Source: Candidatus Moanibacter sp.
GTDB taxonomy: Bacteria; Verrucomicrobiota; Verrucomicrobiia; Opitutales; UBA2987
DNA length: 64,000 nucleotides
Direction of reading: 5' to 3'
Assembly: GCA_965215885.1 (NCBI GenBank)
Contig: CBDCEW010000102.1
Span: 123,994-187,993, forward strand
How positions within the stretch are numbered: position 1 is the first letter of the stretch; the number at the start of each line of letters is the position of its first letter. Positions 14,533 through 25,301 of the stretch are shown piece after piece. The position numbers and the translations under genes are program-made. The notes beneath the pieces are model-generated. The model did not search any database and had not been told where the DNA came from. It saw nothing but the letters and a program-made list of their open reading frames with translations.

Positions 14533-15819
14533 TTGAAAAAGCTTCCCCAGGGAGCCCTCAGTTGGGCATTCTACGATTGGGCGAACTCCGCCTTCGCCCT
14601 GACGATATTAGCAGGTTTCTTTGGCCCCTTCTTTAAGAGCTATTGGACCGATGGATCGAGCGCCGCTCTCTCCTGGCAGGGCTATACGGTATCGCTTGCC
14701 AGCCTGATTGCCGCTCTTCTCGCACCCTTTCTCGGAGCCCTCGCCGATCACGGGAAGGCGAGAAAGAGATTCCTCACCTTCTTCATGCTTGTGGGCTCTT
14801 TAGCCAGCGCCGGTCTCGCTCTTATCAAGATGGGACAATGGCGGCTTGCGTGCGTCGTATATATTATCGCGTCGATCGGATTCTATTGTGGGAACATCTT
14901 TTACGATTCTCTGCTCCCTAACGTCAGTAGCGAACGTAATCGACACTACGTTTCGGGACTGGGATTCTCCATCGGTTACTTTGGTAGCGTCTTGCTGTTT
15001 TGCCTCCAGGTCCTCGCCGTGATCAAACCCGACCTCGTTGGATTGCCCGATAGTGCCGCCGCCATCAAATTGTCCTTTCTCTCCGTGGCCTTCTGGTGGA
15101 TCTTGTTCTCCATCCCCCTTTTGAAAAACGTTCCCGAAAGTGAGGCAAACAGCATGGAGGTGACGAGAATGGCGATCGGGGAAAGTCTAAACGAACTGAA
15201 GAAAACCGTCTCCGAAATTGCCACCCGGCGGCCCGTCATTCTCTGGTTTCTTCTTGCCTACTGGTTCTACATCGATGGCGCCTACACTTTGATCACTATG
15301 TCGACCGGGTACGGTGCCGCTCTCGGATTCTCGCAGACCGATCTGATGGGAACTCTTATCCTTGTTCAATTTGTAGGGGTGCCCTGTGCTCTGCTTTTTG
15401 GCTGGGCAGGTCAGCGATTCGGCCCCAGGCTATTTATCTTCATTGCAATTGTTATCTACCTGGGGGTTACCCTCTTCTCTTCCCGTCTCGACGTTGAACC
15501 ACGGATGTTTTTCGGCAAACCAGTATCGGAAATATACGTTCTGGGGTTACTCATAGGCCTCGTTCAAGGCGGCCTGCAAAGCCTCAGCCGCTCTCTTTAT
15601 ATCACTCTCATTCCCGTTGAAAAAGCCGCTGCCTATTTTGGCCTCTACAATATGGTTGGAAAAGGTGCAGCCATCCTCGGTCCAGCCCTGCTTGCACTTA
15701 CGGTTCAATTTACTGGCTCTGCCCGTGCCGGACCGTTAGCAATCTCGCTTCTTTTCCTATTGGGCGCAAGTTTCCTTTTGAAAGTAAAAACAGTCGCGCA
15801 GCCAAATTCCTTAGAGTAA
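14533..15819 (+). CDS. MFS transporter, UMF1/ATG22-like family
   Basis: SWAFYDWANSAF, FYDSLL, QSLSRS motifs. Confidence 0.88.
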   Translation: MKKLPQGALSWAFYDWANSAFALTILAGFFGPFFKSYWTDGSSAALSWQGYTVSLASLIAALLAPFLGALADHGKARKRFLTFFMLVGSLASAGLALIKMGQWRLACVVYIIASIGFYCGNIFYDSLLPNVSSERNRHYVSGLGFSIGYFGSVLLFCLQVLAVIKPDLVGLPDSAAAIKLSFLSVAFWWILFSIPLLKNVPESEANSMEVTRMAIGESLNELKKTVSEIATRRPVILWFLLAYWFYIDGAYTLITMSTGYGAALGFSQTDLMGTLILVQFVGVPCALLFGWAGQRFGPRLFIFIAIVIYLGVTLFSSRLDVEPRMFFGKPVSEIYVLGLLIGLVQGGLQSLSRSLYITLIPVEKAAAYFGLYNMVGKGAAILGPALLALTVQFTGSARAGPLAISLLFLLGASFLLKVKTVAQPNSLE

Positions 15820-16580
15820 TGAGCGCCGGGAACATTTTCCGTCTGTCCAACCTTTTAGAGGAGGGACGCGAAATTCTCATCTTTACGGGAGCGGGAATTT
15901 CCACCGGCAGCGGTATCCCTGACTTTCGGGGTCCCGGCGGGGTATGGTCGCGCAGACAGCCGGTCTACTACGACGATTTCATGACTTCCGAAGCCGCTCG
16001 TATCGAGCATTGGGACTATAAACTGGAATCGTGGGAATCTTTCCGGGACGCCGTGCCTAACGCAGTGCACAACGCCTGCGTCGAATTGGAGAAGTCCGGA
16101 AGACTGCTCAAGCTCGTCACGCAGAATATTGACGGTCTCCACCAAAAGGCCGGCACTTCGAGAGATCTGCTCGTCGAACTTCACGGGACCAATGCGCAGG
16201 TGGAATGTCAAAGATGCTTAAAGCGCAGTAACCCGGACGATCATTTCCGGAAGTTTGCCAAAACGAAAAGCCCACCTTTCTGCGAGTGTGGAGGGTTTCT
16301 GAAGCAGGCCACTATCAGCTTCGGCCAAAACCTGAGGCAGGAAGACATCAACGCTGCCGAAAAAGCCGCCATGGCATGCGATCTCGTCATCGCTCTCGGC
16401 TCCAGTCTCTCTGTCTACCCGGCCGCTTCTTTCCCTCTGATCGCGGCCCAGAGAAGTGTCCCTTACGTCGTTATTAACCGCGGGACCACCGAGCATGACG
16501 GTAATCCCGCCGTGACACTTCGTCTCGAAGGCGATGTCGTGGATATCTTCCCCGCCGCCGTCGAGCATTCGCTAGCCTGA
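15819..16580 (+). CDS. cobB: Sir2-family NAD-dependent deacylase
   Basis: FTGAGISTGSGIPDFRG, TQNIDGLHQKAG, ELHG, Zn-binding Cys pairs. Confidence 0.93.
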   Translation: MSAGNIFRLSNLLEEGREILIFTGAGISTGSGIPDFRGPGGVWSRRQPVYYDDFMTSEAARIEHWDYKLESWESFRDAVPNAVHNACVELEKSGRLLKLVTQNIDGLHQKAGTSRDLLVELHGTNAQVECQRCLKRSNPDDHFRKFAKTKSPPFCECGGFLKQATISFGQNLRQEDINAAEKAAMACDLVIALGSSLSVYPAASFPLIAAQRSVPYVVINRGTTEHDGNPAVTLRLEGDVVDIFPAAVEHSLA

Positions 16581-16595
16581 AAATCCTACGGATTT

Positions 16596-17852
16596 TCAGG
16601 CTAAGGGCACTTCGTTCTCCAAAATCTGATCCAACGTCTGGCGTTTGCGGATCGCAGCGATGCGGCCCGATTCGCGCAATAGGGCCTCGGAGGCTTCTGG
16701 GAAGGAATTATAGTTTTTCGCTGGCATTGAGGAACAGTAGGCCCCCGCGCCCTCAATAACGCAGAGGTCCCCGATCGAAGCATCCGCCAGCTCCCGCGGT
16801 GCCAGCAACTCAGGATCACCCTGGGCCGTAGTAAGTAGGTCACCCGATTCGCAACAATGACCCACTACAACATATTCTCGGGTCTCTCCGGTGGGATTCG
16901 CGGAAATCACAATTATGGGGTGCTCCGCTCCGTAGTGGCTGGGCCTCAGAATTTCGCTCATTCCGGAATCCAGCTTCAAAAAGGTGTAACCCTCCTCACC
17001 AGTAGTCACGATATCTTGAATCGTGGTGAGCAGGGAACAGGCGTTGGCTACCAGATAGGTGCCTGGTTCTATTTCGAGTTGGAGCTTCCTGCCCGTCTCC
17101 TCGAAAAGACTAACGAATGCCTCTCGTACTGAGCGCCCGATTTCGATCAAGTCCGAGTGTTCCTCATGTGCCATTCGCGCAACCTTGTATCCCCCTCCCA
17201 GGTTCAGCGTGTCTACTGCGGGAAAATGAGCTGCCAGATCGAGACTCAAGCGAGCGGCGCGCTGCCATGCTGTCGGATCTACTCCGGAACCGATATGTGT
17301 GTGCAAGCGAACCGCTGTCAGGTTAAATTCGTTGAGCAGGGCATGGACTTCATCGACATACTCATACCAAATCCCGAAACTGGAGGATGGGCCTCCCGTA
17401 TTTGTGCGATTCGTGCTGCCTGACCCTAATCCTGGGTTAAGCCGGATACCGAGCTCTCCGCCCGGATGCAGTTCGCCGAAACGACTGATCTGGTTCAATG
17501 ATGAGGCGTTGAAGGAAATTCCCTTCTCACAAAGCTCGCCTAGATTTCGCGGAATTTCCTGACTGCTCAGGCTTATCTTCTCAGGCGCAATTTCCGCCCT
17601 CAATGCCCGCTCAACTTCAAAACCACTACTCGCGTCAATATATAGACCGAGATCCTCAAATGTCTTCAATATTGCGGCATTGGAGCTGGCCTTCATGGCG
17701 TAGCGGACGGTCAGTCCATAAGCATTGGGAAATCTCAAACAGTTCTCTGCATTCTTTTTCAGCGTCCGCTCGTCGTACACGAAAACGGGTGTGCCGAATT
17801 GATCAGAGATCGTTCCTGCCTGCTCAGGAGTGAGAAATCGGAGAGTTTCCAT
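16596..17852 (-). CDS. lysA: Diaminopimelate decarboxylase
   Basis: YAMKA PLP lysine, HTHIGS, NLGGG, EPG, CESGD, GAY; probable start METLRFL at 17852. Confidence 0.92.
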   Translation of the reverse strand: METLRFLTPEQAGTISDQFGTPVFVYDERTLKKNAENCLRFPNAYGLTVRYAMKASSNAAILKTFEDLGLYIDASSGFEVERALRAEIAPEKISLSSQEIPRNLGELCEKGISFNASSLNQISRFGELHPGGELGIRLNPGLGSGSTNRTNTGGPSSSFGIWYEYVDEVHALLNEFNLTAVRLHTHIGSGVDPTAWQRAARLSLDLAAHFPAVDTLNLGGGYKVARMAHEEHSDLIEIGRSVREAFVSLFEETGRKLQLEIEPGTYLVANACSLLTTIQDIVTTGEEGYTFLKLDSGMSEILRPSHYGAEHPIIVISANPTGETREYVVVGHCCESGDLLTTAQGDPELLAPRELADASIGDLCVIEGAGAYCSSMPAKNYNSFPEASEALLRESGRIAAIRKRQTLDQILENEVPLA

Positions 17853-17928
17853 TGCGGTTGTCTCAAGGAGCTTGCCGGACCTTGTTGTCGGATTGCTGTG
17901 CAAGTGCCAAAATTCGACCGGCAGGCTC

Positions 17929-18324
17929 CTAGACTGGTCGACCCAACGATCGGGGATTCTCTCCCGCTCGAAGCGACAAGAGGGAGCCCTCCTGACCCCT
18001 TTCAAGGCATTCGAATAAGTTGCGGACACACTGACCGATACGATCGCTGCCAAGTTCGTTTCTCTCAATTTCTTCAACCACCGCCCGGCCCAGTCCAGCG
18101 GCTCGGACCGCGATGCCAGAACTCTCGGGAGATCGCGGGTTTTCGCCTACTTCGTAAACGGGCATCAGCAGATGAAAGAGCTGATTGCAAGTAAAGATCA
18201 GTCTCCGATGTTCCGGATTTTCCGGATTCACCCTTCTATTGAGCAGGGTATTTAATCGATTGCTGATCTTACCGGCATGAGGCAAGTTCAGCGGTATCTT
18301 AAACTGCGGTACTTCCGGCGTCAT
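17929..18324 (-). CDS. Hypothetical protein
   Basis: 131-aa ORF filling the gap co-directionally between lysA and the methyltransferase. Confidence 0.55.
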   Translation of the reverse strand: MTPEVPQFKIPLNLPHAGKISNRLNTLLNRRVNPENPEHRRLIFTCNQLFHLLMPVYEVGENPRSPESSGIAVRAAGLGRAVVEEIERNELGSDRIGQCVRNLFECLERGQEGSLLSLRAGENPRSLGRPV

Positions 18325-18339
18325 TTGGAAAGGAATCCA

Positions 18340-19041
18340 TCATACTTCGCCACACCGAGATGACAAGCCTCTAGGTAATTTCCTGGCAAGCGTAACACCG
18401 TCACCGACCGACAGCATGCTCACACAGACCCGCGTGTCCTTATGAAGTTTTGCATTCATCACGCGTATCGCTTCCGTGTCCTCGTCCTTCGATTCTGCCT
18501 GAGTTACACGTCCACCCCATAGCATGTTGTCAAAGATGATCAGACCGCCCCTTCGCACCAGTTCTAAGGAACGCTCGTAATAATGGGCGTAGTTCGTCTT
18601 GTCCGCGTCAATGAAGGCAATGTCAAATTTGCCGCTTTCACCTCCTGCGATAAGATTTTCGAGGGTGGCGAGCGCTGGTCCTAATCGCAGATCAATTTTG
18701 TTCGCCACACCCGCTTCGTTCCAATACCGGCGTGCTACCCTGGTCCACTCCTCACTTTCGTCGAGAGCGACTAGTTGTCCGTCCTCTGGAAGATTCAGAG
18801 CAAAACAAAGAGAACTGTAGCCGGTAAAGACACCAATTTCGAGGATCCTGCGGGCTTCCAGAATTCCCGCCAGCATAGCCATGAATTGCCCCTGATCGGG
18901 TGAGATCTGCATGCCGCGCTCCGGCATTATTGCAGTTTCTTCGCGCAGCCGTCTCAGTATATCCGGTTCATGCAACGAAACCGAGAGAAGATACTCGTAA
19001 AGATCGGAATCCAGGGAAATGAATTTGTCAGTCACTGCCAC
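18340..19041 (-). CDS. Caffeoyl-CoA-type class I SAM O-methyltransferase
   Basis: ILEIGVFTGYS, FIDADK, FDNMLWGG. Confidence 0.92.
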   Translation of the reverse strand: MAVTDKFISLDSDLYEYLLSVSLHEPDILRRLREETAIMPERGMQISPDQGQFMAMLAGILEARRILEIGVFTGYSSLCFALNLPEDGQLVALDESEEWTRVARRYWNEAGVANKIDLRLGPALATLENLIAGGESGKFDIAFIDADKTNYAHYYERSLELVRRGGLIIFDNMLWGGRVTQAESKDEDTEAIRVMNAKLHKDTRVCVSMLSVGDGVTLARKLPRGLSSRCGEV

Positions 19042-19123
19042 AGTGCAGGTTTGAAGAGCTTGAGAGGTAAGACAAGCGCGAACCTATCACTTTTCCAGCG
19101 CGTGAGCTTGGTCCGAAGCCGAG

Positions 19124-19483
19124 TTAATCGGTTTCGCGCATTTGAGAAATGCTCAAGGCAACTCCGTCGGGATCGGTTGTGGTGGCTAATGTGCCCAGGC
19201 CTCGGTATTCCTCCGGACCCTCCACTTTGTAGCCCTGCCTTCGTAGCTTCCGGCATGTGTCAGCGAGAGAACTCACCTCGATGCACAGGACGACTACCCT
19301 TGACGCCTTGTCGCCCGCACCCGAATCCTGGATGTGAAGACCGAGCTTGATCCCTCCCTCATCAAACTCGCTCCAGCGATTTCCTGTCTTAATGCAGGGC
19401 AGGCCAAGGATGTCCCTGTATAGCTCGATCGATGCTTTCATGTCGTCAACACAGACTAGTACCGTGGGTATTCTCGATTTCAT
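19124..19483 (-). CDS. VOC/glyoxalase family protein
   Basis: VDDM..S..LYRDILGL ... DPDG pattern. Confidence 0.8.
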   Translation of the reverse strand: MKSRIPTVLVCVDDMKASIELYRDILGLPCIKTGNRWSEFDEGGIKLGLHIQDSGAGDKASRVVVLCIEVSSLADTCRKLRRQGYKVEGPEEYRGLGTLATTTDPDGVALSISQMRETD

Positions 19484-19485
19484 CC

Positions 19486-20004
19486 TTACTCCCTCCTATC
19501 ATATTCATCCAGTTCAACGAGGCGGTCTTCCGGATCGCGCACCTTTGCGGAACGCCCGTAAGCGACGTCGACGATTGGATCTTCTACCGTAGCTCCAGCC
19601 TCGGTAAACGCTCGAACCCCCGCCTCCAGATTTCCAAAGTGAAATCCGAATTTGGCCGTGTCTTTGTCCCCGTGCTGGGTTTCTGTAACTCTATGGAGAG
19701 CAAATACTGCGTTTGGCGCTATCGAATATGCGCACCAGTTCTTTCCTTTCTTGCCGGGAATCCCCAAGGCAATCTCATAAAATGCACAAAGGGCGTCATA
19801 TTGATCCGTCATGTAAAACACTGTCATGCCCGTCTCTTTCAAGCCGACTTCGGTTCGACCCCGTCTCGAGAGATACTCGCCTAAGATCTCTTCCACCAGG
19901 TGATTCAAACGAACGTCTTCTTCGATGCATGCATGCTTGATTTCCCGAATCAAATGGCGGTCCAAGTAAACGTTGAATTGCTTTCGGTTCTTTTTCTTTT
20001 CCAT
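19486..20004 (-). CDS. Ribbon-helix-helix (CopG-like) domain fused to VOC/glyoxalase domain
   Basis: KQFNVYLDRHLIREIKHAC N-terminus; FYEIALG ... YGRSAKVRDPED C-terminus. Confidence 0.7.
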   Translation of the reverse strand: MEKKKNRKQFNVYLDRHLIREIKHACIEEDVRLNHLVEEILGEYLSRRGRTEVGLKETGMTVFYMTDQYDALCAFYEIALGIPGKKGKNWCAYSIAPNAVFALHRVTETQHGDKDTAKFGFHFGNLEAGVRAFTEAGATVEDPIVDVAYGRSAKVRDPEDRLVELDEYDRRE

Positions 20005-20182
20005 TTTTAATTACTATAATCCTAGAATTCTATTATTCAAGTATTACTTGGCACTTTTTACAGGTGCTACTGATAATGCCGGGATTTACCCCGGACATTA
20101 CACGCTCGGATCGTAGTAGAAAGTCTGTAGAATTCTCGGATTGGCCTCGCAATTTTTTGAAAATGGGTGAATTTATGTTCAC

Positions 20183-21259
20183 ATGAACCGGAAAATATCA
20201 TCCCCTCTCTTTCCGCCTGGCCCGCGCGGTCGCGGAGCGGCGTCAAATCCGCGTGTTCGTTTCGAGAAGCTGGAGATGGTTCCGGATCCTGAATTCGATG
20301 AACTTGTCCGTCCCCAACCCACCCAATACCTGGCTGACCATTCCGTAAGTATCATTGCCCAGAATAACAGTCCCGACATCAATTTCGACAAGAGCATCAA
20401 TCCCTATCGTGGCTGTGAACATGGATGTATCTACTGCTACGCGCGTCCCACGCATGAGTATCTGGGATTCTCGGCGGGGCTGGATTTCGAAACAAAAATT
20501 GTGGTCAAGCGAGATGCCTCACAGTTACTGGAAAGAGCCCTCTCATCACCCCGCTGGAAACCGGAAGTCCTGGCCATGAGCGGAGTTACCGATCCCTACC
20601 AGCCAATCGAGAGAAAGCTCCAGCTGACTCGCCAATGTCTCATAATCCTGGAACGTTACCGGAATCCGGTGCAGATCGTGACTAAGAACAGTCTCGTCAC
20701 CCGAGACATCGACATTCTTGAGAAGCTGGCGGAGTCTGAGGCCGCCTCTGTTACCCTTTCCATAACCTCTCTGCGCGAGGAACTTACTCGAATCATGGAA
20801 CCTCGAACCGCCGCGCCGCGCCGACGACTGAGAGCCGTTTCTGAATTGGTGGCAGCCGGCATTCCTGTTGGTGTAATGATAGCTCCGGTCATACCCGGTC
20901 TTAACGATGAGGAAATCCCCGCCATCCTGGCTGCCGCAAAGGAAGCGGGCGCTTCCTACGCGAGCTACACTGCGCTTCGGTTGCCTTATGGTGTCAAAGA
21001 TCTCTTTCTCGAGTGGCTGGAAAGGCACTTTCCCGGGAAAATGGAGAAGGTCGTATCGCGGATTCTGGAGATGAGAGGAGGAGCGCTCAATCAAAACGAG
21101 TTCGGACTGCGGATGCGTGGCGAAGGAATCTGGGCAGACCAGATGAGAGCCGTCTTTGAAATGGGCTGCCGGCGCTGCTGTTTTGAAAATAAGGCTCCCA
21201 TGCTTACCACGAAAGGATTTCGGCGGCCGGGCGGAAACCAATTAGAGCTATTCAGTTGA
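20183..21259 (+). CDS. PA0069-family radical SAM protein
   Basis: SINPYRGCEHGCIYCYARP, TDPYQPIER, C-terminal QLELF. Confidence 0.92.
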   Translation: MNRKISSPLFPPGPRGRGAASNPRVRFEKLEMVPDPEFDELVRPQPTQYLADHSVSIIAQNNSPDINFDKSINPYRGCEHGCIYCYARPTHEYLGFSAGLDFETKIVVKRDASQLLERALSSPRWKPEVLAMSGVTDPYQPIERKLQLTRQCLIILERYRNPVQIVTKNSLVTRDIDILEKLAESEAASVTLSITSLREELTRIMEPRTAAPRRRLRAVSELVAAGIPVGVMIAPVIPGLNDEEIPAILAAAKEAGASYASYTALRLPYGVKDLFLEWLERHFPGKMEKVVSRILEMRGGALNQNEFGLRMRGEGIWADQMRAVFEMGCRRCCFENKAPMLTTKGFRRPGGNQLELFS

Positions 21260-21392
21260 GTCCACGCACTGCCACTCCCGGCTTGCGGGTATTAGGAAGA
21301 TGTCGGTGGTCGAAACCGCGGCAGTGCGGAATCACACCCGGACAGTGGAATCTTTCCGCGAATTCCGAGAACTTGATCCGACAGATTCCTGG

Positions 21393-21866
21393 TCACACCC
21401 CGACTTCCAACGGGCGCTCCGGCGGACCACTTCGCGCGATGGAGTCCAGCAGTTCCGCGATCCGTCTCGGCGCAAAGATCTCCGAAGAGGCCTTTATCTC
21501 GGCAATTGACCACCATCGAAAACCGCGAAAGGCTGATTTTTCTCCCATTGCCGGGTTGCCATCCATGGTCGGTTCGAATCTTTCCGTTTTAACGACGTAG
21601 AATTGCTCGTGTTGACGGACTTCATTGCCATTCCACTCGAAGGTATGCCTTCGCTTCCAAATGAGCGGTCCTACGCGAACGTCTCGAAGACCCGTTTCCT
21701 CATCCAGTTCCCGGATTAGACACGCTACAACACCTTCACCTGTATTGCGGGCGCCCCCTGGCGTGATCCAGAACTGCCGGCGGCTCGCCGGCTCTTCAAA
21801 CTTCATCAACAGAATCTCATTTTCCGATGTCAAAAGCACCGCCCGCACCGCTTCTCGTATCCTCAT
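21393..21866 (-). CDS. NUDIX hydrolase
   Basis: PGG....GE......RELDEETGL Nudix box. Confidence 0.88.
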   Translation of the reverse strand: MRIREAVRAVLLTSENEILLMKFEEPASRRQFWITPGGARNTGEGVVACLIRELDEETGLRDVRVGPLIWKRRHTFEWNGNEVRQHEQFYVVKTERFEPTMDGNPAMGEKSAFRGFRWWSIAEIKASSEIFAPRRIAELLDSIARSGPPERPLEVGV

Positions 21867-21926
21867 TGGATTATTCGACGGATATTAGATGTGTGATGCC
21901 AACATCAAATTTTCCGACACTATCCG

Positions 21927-23867
21927 CTACTGCAGGACACGAGCGTCCCCGTGGCGCTGGGTGAGGCCGTCGCGGTCGAATTTTTCCAGGAGAGGCACCA
22001 CAATGCGGCGGCTTGAACCGAGTTCCTGGCGGATTTGGCTCACCGTAGCCGGTCCTTGCCTTCGCAGGAAATCGACTACCTTCTCCCGGGCCTGGGAATA
22101 CGCTCTTTCTGAAATCACGACAGATTCGCTGATTTCGACGGCTTCGCCGGTTTGGAGTAGGAAGCGCAAGGCCTGTTGAGTAAGAGGCTCGGGTGCCAAC
22201 TGCTTTATAGAAGGGGGATCAAGAGTTCGTTTGTTGAGCACTGCGCGAATCCTGGTAGCGGCATCTTCAAGATGTGGTGGCAGAGAGGGGCGATGTGATT
22301 CTCTTTGGAAAAAGATCCCCATTTTGCGGAACCCATGTTCGATGAGGTGCGAGACCAAGGCATTGAATGTAGGGGAGGTGAGGCGTTCGTTCTGCAATTC
22401 CTTGCGAAACTTGCTTAGGGTCAATCCTGCCCGTTCCGGATGCTCCCTGTGTTCTGCGTCTATGGCGTCAGCAGCCCGTTTCCGCAGTGTCTTCCACCAT
22501 TCTCCATCAACAATAAGATCGTCAACGATGATCAAATGATCCGATTCATCGAATGACTCTAATGCGCCTGAGATTTCTGATTCGCTGAAAACGGTTTGAA
22601 CGAGAAGCTCCGATCGCGATACCGCCTTGGCACGCGAGATCTGAGTTTCAATCCAGGTTTGAACGCTCGCGAGGTTTTCCGCCCGCTCGGTCAAGAACGT
22701 AATATTGGCGCTGTCTCGATGAGGTCGGGCGTCGGCAGCTACATTAAGGACGATACCCCCGGCGAGAGTGGCCTGTTCTGACCAGTCGCGCAAGATGAAG
22801 TGATCGCCCTCATAGGCGAATAAAGGCGCCTCCATGCGCAGTTGTGCGAGCGCATTCTGACCCGGATGGAGTTTCTCACACTGCCGGAGAAGGACACGTG
22901 CCGGAATGTTGCTTGTGCCGTGATGGATGCGGACGCGCGTCCCACTCTTGAGTGGTCGTGCCGCCTTCGTTTTCGCCGTCTTGAGACGCGTCGATTTCTG
23001 GAGTATCACGTCGACAATCTCAAAAGGGCTTCCCAGACCGGGCAGGGTGATGACGTCGCCACGTCGGATTTCATCCATCTGTTCTGTCGAAGCTCTGGAG
23101 ACTTTCGGCAGGTTCAATGCCGTGCGTGTGCCTGGATTACTGAGTTCAACATCTTGACCGTGGGACTGCAGATTACGTATCCGGATCTCTCTCCCACGCG
23201 GTTGTATCACGACCGACTGACCGCGACGGAACGAGCCACCGGTGAGAGTTCCGGTAACGACTGTTCCAATACCATGCATGGAAAAGACACGGTCTACCGA
23301 AAGTCGTGGTTTACCGATGTCGCAGGCAGGCGTAATCGCAGTCAGAACCTCAGCGATGGTGGATTTTAATTCCTCTAAACCCTCTCCGGTCTCGGTCGAT
23401 GTCTTTACGATTGGTGAACCGGCTAACGGAGTGTCGTGGAGGCGCTCTTGCAGTCTCATGACCAGAGGGCCTTCCTTACCGTCCACAATATCCCATTTCG
23501 TCAGTGCGATAACTGCGTGCTTCACACCGAGATAGGTGAGGATTTGAAGATGCTCTTCACTCTGCGGCATCCATTCGTCGTCAGCCGCCACGACGAAAAG
23601 CGCCAGGTCTACGGAGCCGACACCCGCTACCATGTTTTTGACGAAATCCTCGTGGCCGGGCACGTCTACGATACCTAGACGAAATAGCGTTGAAGGATCA
23701 TGAGGCGATCGAACTTCGAGATGGGCAAAGCCGAGATCGATAGTAAGACCCCGTTTCTTTTCCTCAGGTAGCCGATCAGGATCGGTCCCGGAGAGCGCTT
23801 TAATCAGGGAACTCTTGCCGTGGTCGACGTGACCGGCGGTGGCGAGGATGTGATGCTTGGTCGGCAT
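21927..23867 (-). CDS. selB: Selenocysteine-specific elongation factor SelB
   Basis: [27 protein letters not shown]-terminal winged helices with SRR..VPLLE. Confidence 0.96.
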   Translation of the reverse strand: MPTKHHILATAGHVDHGKSSLIKALSGTDPDRLPEEKKRGLTIDLGFAHLEVRSPHDPSTLFRLGIVDVPGHEDFVKNMVAGVGSVDLALFVVAADDEWMPQSEEHLQILTYLGVKHAVIALTKWDIVDGKEGPLVMRLQERLHDTPLAGSPIVKTSTETGEGLEELKSTIAEVLTAITPACDIGKPRLSVDRVFSMHGIGTVVTGTLTGGSFRRGQSVVIQPRGREIRIRNLQSHGQDVELSNPGTRTALNLPKVSRASTEQMDEIRRGDVITLPGLGSPFEIVDVILQKSTRLKTAKTKAARPLKSGTRVRIHHGTSNIPARVLLRQCEKLHPGQNALAQLRMEAPLFAYEGDHFILRDWSEQATLAGGIVLNVAADARPHRDSANITFLTERAENLASVQTWIETQISRAKAVSRSELLVQTVFSESEISGALESFDESDHLIIVDDLIVDGEWWKTLRKRAADAIDAEHREHPERAGLTLSKFRKELQNERLTSPTFNALVSHLIEHGFRKMGIFFQRESHRPSLPPHLEDAATRIRAVLNKRTLDPPSIKQLAPEPLTQQALRFLLQTGEAVEISESVVISERAYSQAREKVVDFLRRQGPATVSQIRQELGSSRRIVVPLLEKFDRDGLTQRHGDARVLQ

Positions 23868-23927
23868 GTGACGTTGAATCTACTCTAGCAGCCAGATGAA
23901 ACGAGTCCGAATTAGTCCGGCTGGCTG

Positions 23928-25301
23928 CTAGGGTTCTACAGCTTCCCGTTCAAGAACTGAGCGGATGGCGTGGATCAATTCGTGGTCCTGCTCCAGAAAA
24001 ATCGTGCGCAGATCGAGTCTATAGCAACCATCTGATATGTATCCGATGACCGGCGGGATTCCGGTTCGCAACTGCATGGCTAACTCATCCAACTCGATAT
24101 GCTGAGGAACGAGGTCGACAGTGACTGAGGAGATAACTGAGCGTGGCAAGGCACCGCCCCCAATTTGCGCTTCACCTTTCCCGACGCTTGTCTTCAAAGG
24201 CAGACCCTTGAGGGCACCGACAATATTCTCGGCGCGGGATTTTAATTCATCGTTCGATACCCTCAACATGGTGAGGAGAGGAATGTTTTCATTGGCACTA
24301 TTACTAAGATAGAGATCAACCGTGGTTTGCAAAGTGGAGAGAATCAGTTTGTCACACCGGAGAGCTCGAAAGAATGGTTCGCTCTTGAGGGCGGCCACGA
24401 GGTTCGCTCCCCCGGCTATGATGCCGGCCTGGGGGCCCCCCAGAAGTTTATCTCCGCTGAAGCAGACTAGATCTACTCCACTTCTCAGAGTCTCTTCGGG
24501 AGTCGGCTCATGCTCCAGGCAGGCGTAGTTTTCGGTGGCGATTACAGCGCCGCTCCCCAGGTCTTCGACAAAGGGAATGCGCTTCTCATTTGCGAGTGCG
24601 CTGATCTCCTTTGTGGACGGCGATTGGACAAAACCATCCATTGAGAAGTTACTGCGATGTACTTTCAGGATCAGCGCGGTCTTGCGGTTAATGGCCTTTT
24701 CATAGTCGGAGAGAGAAGTCTTGTTTGTGGTGCCGACTTCGTGGAGAACCGCCCCTGTGGATTCCAGAATGTCCGGTATACAAAATCCTCCTCCGATCTG
24801 AATGAGTTCCCCGCGTGAAATAACGACTTCCCTATTTTTTCCGGAAGTAAAATGGCGCAGAATCAAAACGAGGGCGGCAGCGCAGTTGTTTACCGCAGTG
24901 GCGGATTCTGCGCCACAGAGAAGAGCAAGATTGTTCTCGAGGTATTCGGCGCGTTTGCCGCGTTTGCCTGTGGCGAGATCGATTTCCAGATTGTTGTAGT
25001 TCGAGGCAATAGCGTTGAGCTCCGCCACTGCGGTTGCGGCGATGGGAGCGCGGCCCAGATTCGTGTGAACGAGTATGCCGGTTCCATTTATTACTGCTTG
25101 AATGCGTCTTTGGCAGAGGGTATCCAGGGAGGCGCGGACCCGTTTGAGCACTTCTTTGAAATCTGGAATAGCCTCACGCTTCCGCAAAGAAGCCAGTTCG
25201 CTGCGAACCGTAGCGACTACGGTAGGGCGCGGTAGGTCACACTGACTGAGCGCTTGTAATACCTTCTCAACAGATGGGATTGCACGTCGCGATTCTCTCA
25301 T
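23928..25301 (-). CDS. selA: L-seryl-tRNA(Sec) selenium transferase
   Basis: HTNLGRAP, SRGELIQIGG, FSGDKLLGGPQAG. Confidence 0.96.
   Translation of the reverse strand: MRESRRAIPSVEKVLQALSQCDLPRPTVVATVRSELASLRKREAIPDFKEVLKRVRASLDTLCQRRIQAVINGTGILVHTNLGRAPIAATAVAELNAIASNYNNLEIDLATGKRGKRAEYLENNLALLCGAESATAVNNCAAALVLILRHFTSGKNREVVISRGELIQIGGGFCIPDILESTGAVLHEVGTTNKTSLSDYEKAINRKTALILKVHRSNFSMDGFVQSPSTKEISALANEKRIPFVEDLGSGAVIATENYACLEHEPTPEETLRSGVDLVCFSGDKLLGGPQAGIIAGGANLVAALKSEPFFRALRCDKLILSTLQTTVDLYLSNSANENIPLLTMLRVSNDELKSRAENIVGALKGLPLKTSVGKGEAQIGGGALPRSVISSVTVDLVPQHIELDELAMQLRTGIPPVIGYISDGCYRLDLRTIFLEQDHELIHAIRSVLEREAVEP

Noticed and set aside
17853..18077. 75-aa N-terminal extension of LysA in the ORF track
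   Set aside because: Overlaps the upstream ORF; homology starts at METLRFL
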